Shown here piece by piece: positions 45,877 through 55,754 of a stretch of DNA of 64,000 bases. Below the pieces are notes generated by a model. The model did no database searches. It had not been told where the DNA came from and saw nothing but the letters and a program-made list of their open reading frames with translations. The position numbers were made by a program, and so were the translations under genes. The stretch's first letter is position 1. Every line of letters begins with the position of its first letter. The stretch comes from a virus (Duplodnaviria > Caudoviricetes): positions 1 to 64,000 of the IMG/VR virus record IMGVR_UViG_3300030330_006019. One strand, given 5' to 3'.

Positions 45877-46845
45877 CTAAATTGTACGATGTAACTCTAT
45901 ATCATTATCAACCATTTTTACAACCAATTCTGTAAAATTAGTTTTTGGAGTCCAGCCTAAATCATCTTTTGCTTTTTTATAATCACCTCTTAATACATCA
46001 ACTTCAGCCGGCCTCATAAATCTAGGGTCTTGCTTAATATAATTTGACCAATCTGATATTCCAATATGATTAAATGCTGCATCTAAAAAGTCACGAATTG
46101 AATGTTTTTTACCTGTTGCAATTACATAATCATTAGGCTGTTCTTGTTGTAACATTAGCCACATTGCTTCAACATAATCAGGTGCATATCCCCAATCTCT
46201 TTCAGCATCTAGGTTACCTAAAGTAATATAATCAGAAAGTCCTAAATGTATCTTTGCAACTCCATCTGAAATTTTTCTTGTTACAAATTCAATGCCTCTT
46301 CTTTCACTTTCATGATTAAAAAGAATACCACTACAAGCAAACATGTTATATGATTCTCTATAATTTTTTGTTATCCAATGTCCATATAGTTTTGAAACAC
46401 CATAAGGACTTCTTGGATAAAACGGAGTATTTTCATTTGCTGGATTTTCAACCATTCTACCAAACATTTCAGAGCTGCTTGCTTGGTAAAATTTAATCTT
46501 TGGATTGAATTCTCTTATTGCTTCAAGTATTCTTAATACTCCTAAACCTGTTACATTACTTGTTTGTTCAGGTGTATTCCAACTTTCACCAACAAATGAT
46601 TGTGCTGCAAGATTATATACTTCATCTGGATTTGATTCTTTAAGACATCTAAAAAGTGAATTTTGGTCTGTCATATCACCATTAAGTATTGTTATGTTTC
46701 CGTCCAAATGTGAAGTGTTAATATTATTAATATGAGATGAACGCCTTTCCATTCCATACACTATATAGTTTTTTGACAATAAAAAGTCAGCTAAGTGACT
46801 TCCGTCCATTCCACTAATGCCTGTAATTAATGCTATCTTTTTCAT
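45877..46845 (-). CDS. gmd: GDP-mannose 4,6-dehydratase
   Basis: ALITGISGMDGS, YNLAAQS, QASSSE, PRSPYGVSK, GILFNHES.RRG..FVTRKI, RDWG. Confidence 0.96.
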   Translation of the reverse strand: MKKIALITGISGMDGSHLADFLLSKNYIVYGMERRSSHINNINTSHLDGNITILNGDMTDQNSLFRCLKESNPDEVYNLAAQSFVGESWNTPEQTSNVTGLGVLRILEAIREFNPKIKFYQASSSEMFGRMVENPANENTPFYPRSPYGVSKLYGHWITKNYRESYNMFACSGILFNHESERRGIEFVTRKISDGVAKIHLGLSDYITLGNLDAERDWGYAPDYVEAMWLMLQQEQPNDYVIATGKKHSIRDFLDAAFNHIGISDWSNYIKQDPRFMRPAEVDVLRGDYKKAKDDLGWTPKTNFTELVVKMVDNDIELHRTI

Positions 46846-47714
46846 TGATTTATCCTATTCTTTGAACCATCTATTGGTTGCATTGCTATGTAATGTTGAT
46901 TATTATCTAAGTCTGGTGTTTTTCCGTATTTTTCAACAAACCTTTGTAGACTTCTTTGTTCTATTTGTGCCAAATTAACTGGCCTTGCCTTTAAGTTATC
47001 ATCTGGAAATCTTGATGCTCTTGATGCAAAATGATAAACTAAAGATTTTGATGTCAATACAAACCTATAACCTTCATTCATCATTCTAATAAATAAGTCA
47101 GCATCTTCCCAGTATGCAGGGGCAAACCTATCATCATTTCCACCTATATAGTCCCAGTCACGTTTTCTTATCATTCCACTAACACCTTCAGTTTTAACAA
47201 TTTCAAAATCATTTATTGAAGTAAAAGACTCTGCCCATGTTAAAAAATGTTCTTCATCAAAGTTATGGTGATATTCACCAAATTCATTTAGTGGTACAAA
47301 GATTGTTCCTGGCCGTTGACTATCATTAAAAATATCTGGTTGTATTCTTTGGCTAAATACCATTAATTTATCATCTGGGTATTTTTCAAATTTATTTAAT
47401 AATTCAATATCCCAGTTTTTTGATACATAAAAATCAGCATGTAAAAAATTAATGAATTCAGTTTTTACCTTTGATGCACAAAAGTTCATTCCACCACCAA
47501 TACCAATTGGATTTTCATTTTGTTCAACATAATATTCAAAATTCCATTTTTTACTATTATCGGCTAACCATTCATTAGTACCATCTTGGCAATTTTCAGC
47601 ATGAATAATTAGTGGTGAATCTTTATAATATGAATTTTCACGAACTGACTTGACTGCCAATTTCAAATAATTCAAATTGTTAAATGACGATATACAATGT
47701 GTTATCTTATGCAT
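46842..47714 (-). CDS. GT2-like glycosyltransferase
   Basis: DGTNEWL, FLHADF, WEDAD...R, VYHF; paralogue-like to 42533-43717. Confidence 0.85.
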   Translation of the reverse strand: MHKITHCISSFNNLNYLKLAVKSVRENSYYKDSPLIIHAENCQDGTNEWLADNSKKWNFEYYVEQNENPIGIGGGMNFCASKVKTEFINFLHADFYVSKNWDIELLNKFEKYPDDKLMVFSQRIQPDIFNDSQRPGTIFVPLNEFGEYHHNFDEEHFLTWAESFTSINDFEIVKTEGVSGMIRKRDWDYIGGNDDRFAPAYWEDADLFIRMMNEGYRFVLTSKSLVYHFASRASRFPDDNLKARPVNLAQIEQRSLQRFVEKYGKTPDLDNNQHYIAMQPIDGSKNRINQ

Positions 47715-48438
47715 TAGCTCTCTCCTTCAAAAGTTTTTCAACTATTTCAATATCACCTGGAACATCAACTGCATGTGAGTCTCCAGATACATTTATTATT
47801 TTTACTGGTATTCCCATCTCTAAAAATCTCAATATATCAACTTCTTCTACACCTTCTAAAGGAGTAGTTCCCTGGTCTAAAAACAATTTTAACTCTTCTT
47901 TGTTATAAACATAAATACATACTTGTTTTTTACAAATTGGAGCATTTCCTGACTTTTCAACTGGTATTGGATTTCTTGATGCACATACAAGATTATCGGT
48001 TAGTCCCATTGCCATTTTTATGATGTTTCTATTTTCAGGTTTTTCAAAATCTTGTAAATCTGCTGCACAATTTATTACATACCCTGGGTATTGTTGTTTT
48101 GCATTTATTGCCAAAGTTATCTCATTAGGATTTAACATTGGTTCATCTCCTTGTAAATTTACAATTATATCAGCATCTAAATGATAAGCTGCTTCAGCAA
48201 CTCTATCTGTACAACATGGATGTTTAGGAGATGTCATAATAACATTATAACCGCCATTTTCAACAACATTTTTAATTCTTAAATCATCAGTTGCAACATA
48301 AACATTTTGTTTACCAACAGCTTTTTCTGCTATTTCTGCAACTCTTATAACCATTGGCTTACCTAGAATATTTTCCAATGGTTTTCCAGGAAATCTTCCT
48401 GATTTATATCTTGCTGGTATAATAACCGCTACTTTCAT
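47707..48438 (-). CDS. kdsB: 3-deoxy-manno-octulosonate cytidylyltransferase-like
   Basis: IPARYKSGRFPGKPL, VATDD, TDR, VNLQGDEP, LE..E.VD.LR, VD.P.D; start moved to MKVAV. Confidence 0.88.
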   Translation of the reverse strand: MKVAVIIPARYKSGRFPGKPLENILGKPMVIRVAEIAEKAVGKQNVYVATDDLRIKNVVENGGYNVIMTSPKHPCCTDRVAEAAYHLDADIIVNLQGDEPMLNPNEITLAINAKQQYPGYVINCAADLQDFEKPENRNIIKMAMGLTDNLVCASRNPIPVEKSGNAPICKKQVCIYVYNKEELKLFLDQGTTPLEGVEEVDILRFLEMGIPVKIINVSGDSHAVDVPGDIEIVEKLLKERANA

Positions 48439-49091
48439 AATTGTCCTCCGTTTATATCTATACATGCACCATGAATATATGACGCATCTTCAGAGCATAA
48501 AAATAATATAGGCTTCACAACTTCATCAACTTCAGCAACACGTCTTAATGGAATTTTACTTTCTAAATTTGCCAATTCTTCTAAGGACATTGACCTTTCC
48601 AACATTGGTGTTAATGTCTGGCTTGGACATACACAATTAATGTTTATACCTCTTGGTCCTAGTTCTTGTGAAAGCTGTCTTGTTAAACCAATAATTCCTG
48701 CCTTTGATGAAGTGTAATGTACACCACTTACCAGGCTCTTATTTCTTCCAGCTATTGATGATACATTTACTATTTTACTTCCTCTTTTCATTAATGGAAT
48801 ACACTTTTTAATTATATAGAAATATGATGTAAGGTTTGTGTCTATTACACTTTTCCACTCATCTAAATGTATATCTTCAATAGGTTTACAGTAATTGATG
48901 GCTGCATTGTTAATAAGTATGTCTACCTCATGTATATCTGAAAAATAGAAATCAATATCTTCTTTTTTAGTTATATCACAATTTGACCTACTTATAGATT
49001 CAACCCTAGCACCAAGTTTTTTGAAAGAATCAACGATACCCTTTCCAATTCCTGTACTTCCACCAACAACAACTACTGTTTTATTTTTCAT
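48435..49091 (-). CDS. SDR oxidoreductase
   Basis: GGSTGIG, NNAA, YTSSK (YxxxK), INGG. Confidence 0.92.
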   Translation of the reverse strand: MKNKTVVVVGGSTGIGKGIVDSFKKLGARVESISRSNCDITKKEDIDFYFSDIHEVDILINNAAINYCKPIEDIHLDEWKSVIDTNLTSYFYIIKKCIPLMKRGSKIVNVSSIAGRNKSLVSGVHYTSSKAGIIGLTRQLSQELGPRGININCVCPSQTLTPMLERSMSLEELANLESKIPLRRVAEVDEVVKPILFLCSEDASYIHGACIDINGGQL

Positions 49092-49503
49092 ATACATGCT
49101 CTACATCTGGTTGTGTTATTGCATACCTTATACCTGGACCTTTTATACATTTAATATGATGCCAAGTATTTACGGGTACAACAATAATATCATTTTTCTT
49201 TACTGTCTTTGTTCCTTGCCCATCAATCCACCATTCCCATTCTCCATCTATTATCACCCAGTTTTCATCTGCATGTGGATGATAATGTTTTCTATTTCCT
49301 TCCCCACTTTGTTGCTGTATTACAACTCCACCAAACCTATCATTGTATGCAATTCTTACAGCCCAGCTACCCATTCCTAATTCTTTTCTTAAATCATCAA
49401 TATTTACAGTGGTATTATTTTCATATGAATGAAATGTTTTTAATGATTCCTCTGGAAGTCCATCATCTGTTAATACATTTTTTACATCACTGTCTGATTT
49501 CAT
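49081..49503 (-). CDS. Cupin-domain protein
   Basis: HYHPHADE.W...GE and VP.NTWH cupin motifs. Confidence 0.88.
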   Translation of the reverse strand: MKSDSDVKNVLTDDGLPEESLKTFHSYENNTTVNIDDLRKELGMGSWAVRIAYNDRFGGVVIQQQSGEGNRKHYHPHADENWVIIDGEWEWWIDGQGTKTVKKNDIIVVPVNTWHHIKCIKGPGIRYAITQPDVEHVYEK

Positions 49504-50300
49504 AACTTCACTCTTTTTATTGATTTGTGGGCAGAACTCTTATCAGAAACTATTTCTAACTCAATTCCTTTAGAGTTTAACCATTCCTTTAAGAATTTTG
49601 TTGAATCTATAACAACTTGCATTTCACGGTATGTCATTCCACATTTTGCTTCAGTTATTTCACCATATTTATTTTCTTCAGTTGAATAACAATGGTCATG
49701 AAATATAACTTCATTTGGGTCATCACCAGAGTATGGGCTTAAATCCCCAATATCCCAACCAACTACAACAATTTTTTTAACACCTAAGTATACGGCTAAA
49801 TGAAAAATTATTTCATACATCATTCCTGGACCAAATTGTCTATATATTGTTTTATCCAATGTCCAATCATCAAAACTCAATTTTCCAGCTTGTGATTCAT
49901 CCATTCTTTCTGGGTTAGGTATGTGATTACCAACAACAGGTAACATTAAATGACATGGCCATTTATTTTCCAATATTAAATTTGGATGGAATTGTTCAAA
50001 TACTTCCCATATATTTATAGTTTCATCACTTTCATAAGTATATGGCTGATAGTTTATAATATTAAGAATATGAAAATCTGCAACCTTTCCTAAACTATTA
50101 TATGCTTGTTTATTAGCAATTACTAACTTATCACTTAATTTTTCCTTTAGTTCATCTACAGGAATATCATTTAATGATGGACCACATGTTACTATATATG
50201 CAGTTTCATCTTTATAATAATCTCGCATTTCACGAAGTCTAAGTGGTATAAGTTCGTGTTTACCAATATTCTTTTTTAATTGTTTAGTTTTAGAGTGCAT
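49500..50300 (-). CDS. Maf/DUF115 (MptE-like) protein, putative ulosonic-acid transferase
   Basis: AYIVTCGPSL, LAVYLGVKKIVVVGWD. Confidence 0.7.
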   Translation of the reverse strand: MHSKTKQLKKNIGKHELIPLRLREMRDYYKDETAYIVTCGPSLNDIPVDELKEKLSDKLVIANKQAYNSLGKVADFHILNIINYQPYTYESDETINIWEVFEQFHPNLILENKWPCHLMLPVVGNHIPNPERMDESQAGKLSFDDWTLDKTIYRQFGPGMMYEIIFHLAVYLGVKKIVVVGWDIGDLSPYSGDDPNEVIFHDHCYSTEENKYGEITEAKCGMTYREMQVVIDSTKFLKEWLNSKGIELEIVSDKSSAHKSIKRVKL

Positions 50301-51258
50301 CTACTTCTCCAAGAGTTTGTTCCCAATTCTTAAATGTTATACCTTTGTCATCAATGTATGCAACTGCTCTAGGTTTTTCTGATGTTACCTTTGTGACAAA
50401 TTTTGCCATATCATTATCTCTTAACCAATCCCATACTAACTGAATACCAGTTTTTCCGTTTATTAAACCTCTATCTGGTTTTGCCTTTGCAGTATAAATT
50501 ATTACATCATACTTTTTTGACAATTTTTCAAGAGCTTCATATGAACCTTCAATTGGTTCGTCATAAACAGTTCCATCATAAAATCCTTTACTGTTTTTAT
50601 GAATTACTCCATCAAAGTCTACACCTATATTTCTTGTTTCATCTGGAAAACTATGCTTTCTAATTTTATCACCTTGCCAATTTAATTTATCAAGTTCTTG
50701 TGGTGTATTTTTACCAATAGGCGGGCATTCTTTTCCAGAACCATGTGTAAGTTGATATTGTAATAATAGGCTTAAACATTCTGCCGTATGGTAATACTCT
50801 ACGCCTAATACTACTTGCGTAAGTCCTTTAATTTGTCCAGCTATAGGATTAGCTGTTACTAAGCATGTTTGCATTCCATTATCTGATGCCCACTGCAATG
50901 CTTTTAATACATCAATAGATTTACCAGAAGAAGAGATTCCATAAACTAATGATTTTTTCATTTGTGATTTTGTTCTTGTTGAAGTTCTTTGCTTTAACCA
51001 AGCAACCATCCATAAATCAAAACTTGTATCATTTATTAATGATGTTGCAACTACACAACTCCCAGGGCACATTGCATTTTTTGTACCATTAGAAAGTCTT
51101 GTCATATCAACTGCCGTATGGTCTGCTATTCCCATATTGCCACCATGTCCTAATACATAAATGTCATCACATTCATTATACTTTACTTGTAAATCATTCC
51201 ATTCAGGTGTACTTATAACCTCTGTAAATCTATGTCCTATGTTTTCGATATTCATCAT
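50290..51258 (-). CDS. SIS-domain sugar-phosphate isomerase (GmhA-like) fused to a HAD phosphatase
   Basis: LGHGGN..IADH, GISSSGKS; C-terminal VDFDGVI...YTA...KP.AVAYIDD. Confidence 0.85.
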   Translation of the reverse strand: MMNIENIGHRFTEVISTPEWNDLQVKYNECDDIYVLGHGGNMGIADHTAVDMTRLSNGTKNAMCPGSCVVATSLINDTSFDLWMVAWLKQRTSTRTKSQMKKSLVYGISSSGKSIDVLKALQWASDNGMQTCLVTANPIAGQIKGLTQVVLGVEYYHTAECLSLLLQYQLTHGSGKECPPIGKNTPQELDKLNWQGDKIRKHSFPDETRNIGVDFDGVIHKNSKGFYDGTVYDEPIEGSYEALEKLSKKYDVIIYTAKAKPDRGLINGKTGIQLVWDWLRDNDMAKFVTKVTSEKPRAVAYIDDKGITFKNWEQTLGEVDAL

Positions 51259-51318
51259 AACTCTATTTCCTTTAATTTTATTTAATATAACAATTTTTCT
51301 TGAATAATAAAAATTTTA

Positions 51319-52203
51319 TCATATCCTTTTTAGAAATTTTTCCATTTCCAAAGAATAATTTTTATGTGATTGTTGTCTCCAAAAATCTTTCATATCACTT
51401 TTTGTTTTTACATAATTATCATAAGGGTAATCTCTAAACATTCTATCTTCAATGACAATCATATCTGATAAAACATATTGTCGTATGTCATAACCCTTTC
51501 TTAACATGTGCATTGATGCTTCTGCAACAAATGTATCATCTAATCCATAAGGTCCTAGTGAATCTGGAATTGTAATAAATTTTAACAATTCAATATTAAA
51601 CAGATTAAACCATCCACCACCAAACTTAACCGTTGGTATCTGTTTTAATTTAGGTATGCATGGTTCTCTTCTATCAAAAACTCTATATGGATTTGTATGC
51701 CATAGCTTTTTACTTCTATCAGTATTTCGTGTTCTTTCATTTGAAATAACATCCCAACTAGAATCCCATAGCTGCAAAATTTCTGATGATATAATATGAT
51801 ACTTATTTTTTATTTGGCTTATTGCATCAAACATCATTGTAAGATTGTAATCAGAAAAGTATACATCAGTGTCTAAATATAAAATATGTGTTGCATCTGT
51901 ATCTGAATTAATTGCATTTCTTCTTTTATCATTACAACCTAAACATGTATCACTAACATCAAATCTATTTACAAATGGTGAAAGTGACTTAATGTAAGTA
52001 AATTTATCTATAAAATATTCTTTTGGTATTTTTGAGTTTTCCCAATCTGTTAACTTATCAGATACATTTAGAGTAAAGTCAAGTATTACATTATTAACAT
52101 CACTAATATAAAACTGTGACCTAGCTAATTGGTCAACTATTCTCTTTACTTCATCTATTTCTCTAGGAAGAGAATGTAAAACTATCTGTATTTTGTTTGT
52201 CAT
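51319..52203 (-). CDS. Putative GT-A glycosyltransferase
   Basis: RR.AI, LYLDTD (DxD), GGGWF, YGLDD. Confidence 0.65.
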   Translation of the reverse strand: MTNKIQIVLHSLPREIDEVKRIVDQLARSQFYISDVNNVILDFTLNVSDKLTDWENSKIPKEYFIDKFTYIKSLSPFVNRFDVSDTCLGCNDKRRNAINSDTDATHILYLDTDVYFSDYNLTMMFDAISQIKNKYHIISSEILQLWDSSWDVISNERTRNTDRSKKLWHTNPYRVFDRREPCIPKLKQIPTVKFGGGWFNLFNIELLKFITIPDSLGPYGLDDTFVAEASMHMLRKGYDIRQYVLSDMIVIEDRMFRDYPYDNYVKTKSDMKDFWRQQSHKNYSLEMEKFLKRI

Positions 52204-52205
52204 TT

Positions 52206-52847
52206 CTAAAACTCATAACCGAATGCATCAATATCTTCAAGGTATACTTCTGCAATTCTTTGTCTACTTTCATCTGAATAATATTCTCTATAACCAGAAT
52301 GATTTGTTTTATTAATCATTGGTAAGGGCTTGTTTATTATTCCAATTTGATCACATACAATTTGCATGTCTTCAGCAAGGTTTTCATATTTTCCAATAAA
52401 GTCAAAAATTTGTTCACCATTACGATACATTTTATTATAGTGTGATATAAAATGTCCCTTTTCTTTTTCATGGTGCATATGCCTATATATTGAATTACAA
52501 ACAAATCCTTCAATTAAATCAAAACTTTCTATTCCATGATATGCTTTGTAAATATATTCACAATACTTTTCAAAGGGCAGTGCACCTGACTTCATAGCAG
52601 GTTCATTCTTTACTTGTTCTTCCCATTTATACATACTAACAATTCTATCCCAAGGATTTCTAACAAATCCAAATGAAAAGAAATTATTTTCTTTCATATA
52701 TTTTATTTCATCATCTGAAAGTATTGTATGTCTATGCCCTAATGGACTATACCCTAGTTCATCACTTAAAAATTTTTCAATTGACGTTGTTGCTGTTTTT
52801 TGAGGTGCTAAATATACAACTTTATTTTTTACAAACCAAAGTGCCAT
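52206..52847 (-). CDS. Sulfotransferase (Sulfotransfer_2 family)
   Basis: QKTATTS (5'-PSB), FVRNPWDRIVSMY (3'-PB), DFIGKYENL, Y.EDI..FGY. Confidence 0.88.
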   Translation of the reverse strand: MALWFVKNKVVYLAPQKTATTSIEKFLSDELGYSPLGHRHTILSDDEIKYMKENNFFSFGFVRNPWDRIVSMYKWEEQVKNEPAMKSGALPFEKYCEYIYKAYHGIESFDLIEGFVCNSIYRHMHHEKEKGHFISHYNKMYRNGEQIFDFIGKYENLAEDMQIVCDQIGIINKPLPMINKTNHSGYREYYSDESRQRIAEVYLEDIDAFGYEF

Positions 52848-52858
52848 AAAAACTTTCC

Positions 52859-53485
52859 TTATATTGTTTCATAAAAGGCATTTTGTTTTTCTTGTCTTCC
52901 AATATTTTTTGGATGATATAGTGCAAACTTTTCTTCTGCTGGTAAATTAGCAAATTTTGTATAACCTTTTAATTGTTCATGAACTGGTTTTATCCAGTAT
53001 ATTTCTTCTTTATTTTGATATATTCTCATTTGCCAATCAGGAAAGTTTACCCAACCATCTTCATTCATTTTCCATCCCCACTTGGCAATGTGTTCATCCG
53101 TAATTCCAGCAACTGTATTTACTCTTGGAACCCAGAATGCTTCTGTTTCTTCATTTGCTTCCAATATAAAAGGAAGTGCTTCTAACAAATATTCATTTGG
53201 CATTTCATCTGCATCTATTTGAAATATCCAATTTCCATTACAAGCTTTATTCAAATTATTTTTATATTGTGCAAAGTTTTTATTTAATGCAAATTGATTT
53301 AATGTATACTCATCATGTGGTTTTGATTCCCATTTTTCACATGCATTAATAACTTCTGGAGTTGCATTCATATCCATCTGAACTACAACTTGGTCTTCTC
53401 GTCTTTTATGTTCAAATAGAAAAGCTAATAATCTTTCTATTTCTTTGTGTTCATTACATACTGTAATTGCATAACTAATTTTCAT
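52859..53485 (-). CDS. GT2-like glycosyltransferase
   Basis: NFA..KN, WIFQIDADE, PRVN, PDWQ.R, VHE. Confidence 0.85.
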   Translation of the reverse strand: MKISYAITVCNEHKEIERLLAFLFEHKRREDQVVVQMDMNATPEVINACEKWESKPHDEYTLNQFALNKNFAQYKNNLNKACNGNWIFQIDADEMPNEYLLEALPFILEANEETEAFWVPRVNTVAGITDEHIAKWGWKMNEDGWVNFPDWQMRIYQNKEEIYWIKPVHEQLKGYTKFANLPAEEKFALYHPKNIGRQEKQNAFYETI

Positions 53486-53488
53486 AAC

Positions 53489-54019
53489 CTATTCTCCTTG
53501 TAAATTAATCTCATCTAAATTTTTTCCTGGTGGTTGTGTACCAATTGATGTATCAGTTTCTCCTGGCAAATATGCATCTAAAACATTTTTACTAAACTCA
53601 TAATTGACAACTCTAAGTGAATTAAAGTTGCCTATATTTAGTGTCCTATAACTATCACCTAATCTTGTTTTTGCAATTTTTCTAATTGCTGCTGCATAAA
53701 ACTGTTTAGGATTTTGTCCCACAATTAATTTTCTAAGCTTTACCTTTTTTGACTTATATGCTTCAGAATATTCTATTCCTTGTCCACCAGCAAATAAATT
53801 AAATGCATTTAATGGAATTAAGTCAAGTGACAATGCATGCATAACTCTTCTAAAATTTGGATTTAACACCAATAGTATATACTTTTTTGCACCACCCTTT
53901 TCCTTGCCTCTTGGTTGTTTTTTATAAACGGCTGAAATTATCATTCCAGGCTCCAACTGTGCAATTGATATTTGTTGTCCAGCTCCACATTTACTTAGAT
54001 GTTGTGAAAAGTATGACAT
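53489..54019 (-). CDS. Hypothetical protein (weak resemblance to T4 gp2-like DNA end protectors)
   Basis: PGMIISAVY...LLVL...HALSLDLIP...YRTL pattern only. Confidence 0.45.
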   Translation of the reverse strand: MSYFSQHLSKCGAGQQISIAQLEPGMIISAVYKKQPRGKEKGGAKKYILLVLNPNFRRVMHALSLDLIPLNAFNLFAGGQGIEYSEAYKSKKVKLRKLIVGQNPKQFYAAAIRKIAKTRLGDSYRTLNIGNFNSLRVVNYEFSKNVLDAYLPGETDTSIGTQPPGKNLDEINLQGE

Positions 54020-54474
54020 TACTTGGCTACACCCATTCTTTTACATGCGTCCATAAATTTATCACGTGGAAATCTTTCGGATAATTCTATTCCAAGTCTT
54101 GTTTTATAATACTCACCATCTCTTCCAGGAATTGGGTATTTTATTTGCTCACCTTTTTCAATCTGAACAACTGGTGAATATACCCATTCATAAGAATCTT
54201 TGGTTCCTTCTGGATATAGCATTGCATGCTCCATAACAATTGTTGTTAAATACCAGTATTGTCCTAAAAGCTTGTCTTCAAATCGTGTTGACGTAATTAT
54301 TTTAGGTGAACGAGATTCAAACTCTTCTACTTGTTTATTTCCAATTGTTAAATTACTATTTGTATTATACCCAGTGTCCATACACATTTTAGATATACCA
54401 GCTTTTTCATCTTTTTCAACTATAACTGATACTCTATTTGTAAAAGGACTTTTTTCTTTTAAGTCTGTACTCAT
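54019..54474 (-). CDS. Hypothetical protein
   Basis: Coupled ORF, 151 aa. Confidence 0.7.
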   Translation of the reverse strand: MSTDLKEKSPFTNRVSVIVEKDEKAGISKMCMDTGYNTNSNLTIGNKQVEEFESRSPKIITSTRFEDKLLGQYWYLTTIVMEHAMLYPEGTKDSYEWVYSPVVQIEKGEQIKYPIPGRDGEYYKTRLGIELSERFPRDKFMDACKRMGVAK

Positions 54475-55745
54475 GATATTTTCTCCAATTTTGGTAATGT
54501 TATTTTAGGCATATTTAGTTGTACTTGCTGTGGTACATTAACATGCTTTTCCATTATTTCTGTAAATCTTTCTGTCATTTTATCTAGATTTAATTCTTCA
54601 CGAACAAGTCTTGCTTGTTTTCTTGCATCTGGAATATATTTTTTATATTTTTTATGTATATCCTTTAACACTTTTGATGCATATAGATGGTTTACATAGA
54701 ACCATTTAGAACCTTGAACAACTACATTTTCCCATTGTGCAGATTCATGTACTTCTTGCAATTCACCAGGTAAAAGAACTGAATGTTTTAGAAAATCTAT
54801 ATGTCCTGACCAGTTTGATGCTATTACTGGTTTTTGAGTTACACAAAATTCTGCAAGAGGTCTTCCATAACCTTCTCCATGTGTAAATGATAGCATGGCC
54901 TTTACCTTTGGATGATTGTATAAACTATTCATTTCTTCAGGTTCTAAATCTCCATGAAGTAAATATACATTAGGTAAACCTTCACCACACTGGTCTGCAA
55001 TAAGCTTAATTTTTCTAAGAATATTTTCTCTGTCTATTACACTAAATGTTGCTTGACTAGTTTTAAGTATCAATGCAGGTTTATTTGCTTTTCTCTTAAA
55101 TGTCTCAAAAAATGTTTTTAACATTCCAGCAACATCTTTTCTATCATGTCCAAAATTTCCATTTAGCCAATGTCCAACAAAAAGAAAACAAAAGTTTTCC
55201 TTAATATTTGATAATTCATCTGCAACTGTTTTTGAAATTTCAGATGTCTTATTCCATACTTTTGTATCAACACCTTCAAACAATACCTCCATTGGTACAG
55301 TTACTTTATGTTCACCTTCTTTTTTCTGAGTTTGATTGTTTATCTTGTCATAAACTGTTCTCAAAAATGATTCTTTTGAATGTTCAGATGTCACAATTAC
55401 TAAATTCATCCTATTCATTCCATCAACCCAAGGATGAGAAACATGTGTTGTTTCAATACCTGCAGTTATACCTATATTGTATTTACCAACTGGCTGAAAT
55501 TCATTAGGTACTGTAACCTGAATCCATATATCTGGTTGTTTTGGTAAATTTCCAAAGTGTAAAACATCTATAATATCCTGGTCATCTTTGCCAAGAGCAT
55601 TCATAGGGCATGAACCCCATCTTTGACTAAGTACTTTTATATCATACTTATCCATTGCTATCAAACTTCTCAATAAATCTCTAGCGTGGTCTCCATATCC
55701 TGAACGTGTCGCAACTGGTGCACTCATAACTAATAATGGTTTCAT
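54471..55745 (-). CDS. GT4 glycosyltransferase
   Basis: TRSGYG, RK, EGYGRPLAE, SNWSGH.DF. Confidence 0.9.
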   Translation of the reverse strand: MKPLLVMSAPVATRSGYGDHARDLLRSLIAMDKYDIKVLSQRWGSCPMNALGKDDQDIIDVLHFGNLPKQPDIWIQVTVPNEFQPVGKYNIGITAGIETTHVSHPWVDGMNRMNLVIVTSEHSKESFLRTVYDKINNQTQKKEGEHKVTVPMEVLFEGVDTKVWNKTSEISKTVADELSNIKENFCFLFVGHWLNGNFGHDRKDVAGMLKTFFETFKRKANKPALILKTSQATFSVIDRENILRKIKLIADQCGEGLPNVYLLHGDLEPEEMNSLYNHPKVKAMLSFTHGEGYGRPLAEFCVTQKPVIASNWSGHIDFLKHSVLLPGELQEVHESAQWENVVVQGSKWFYVNHLYASKVLKDIHKKYKKYIPDARKQARLVREELNLDKMTERFTEIMEKHVNVPQQVQLNMPKITLPKLEKIS

Positions 55746-55754
55746 TTTTTTCTC

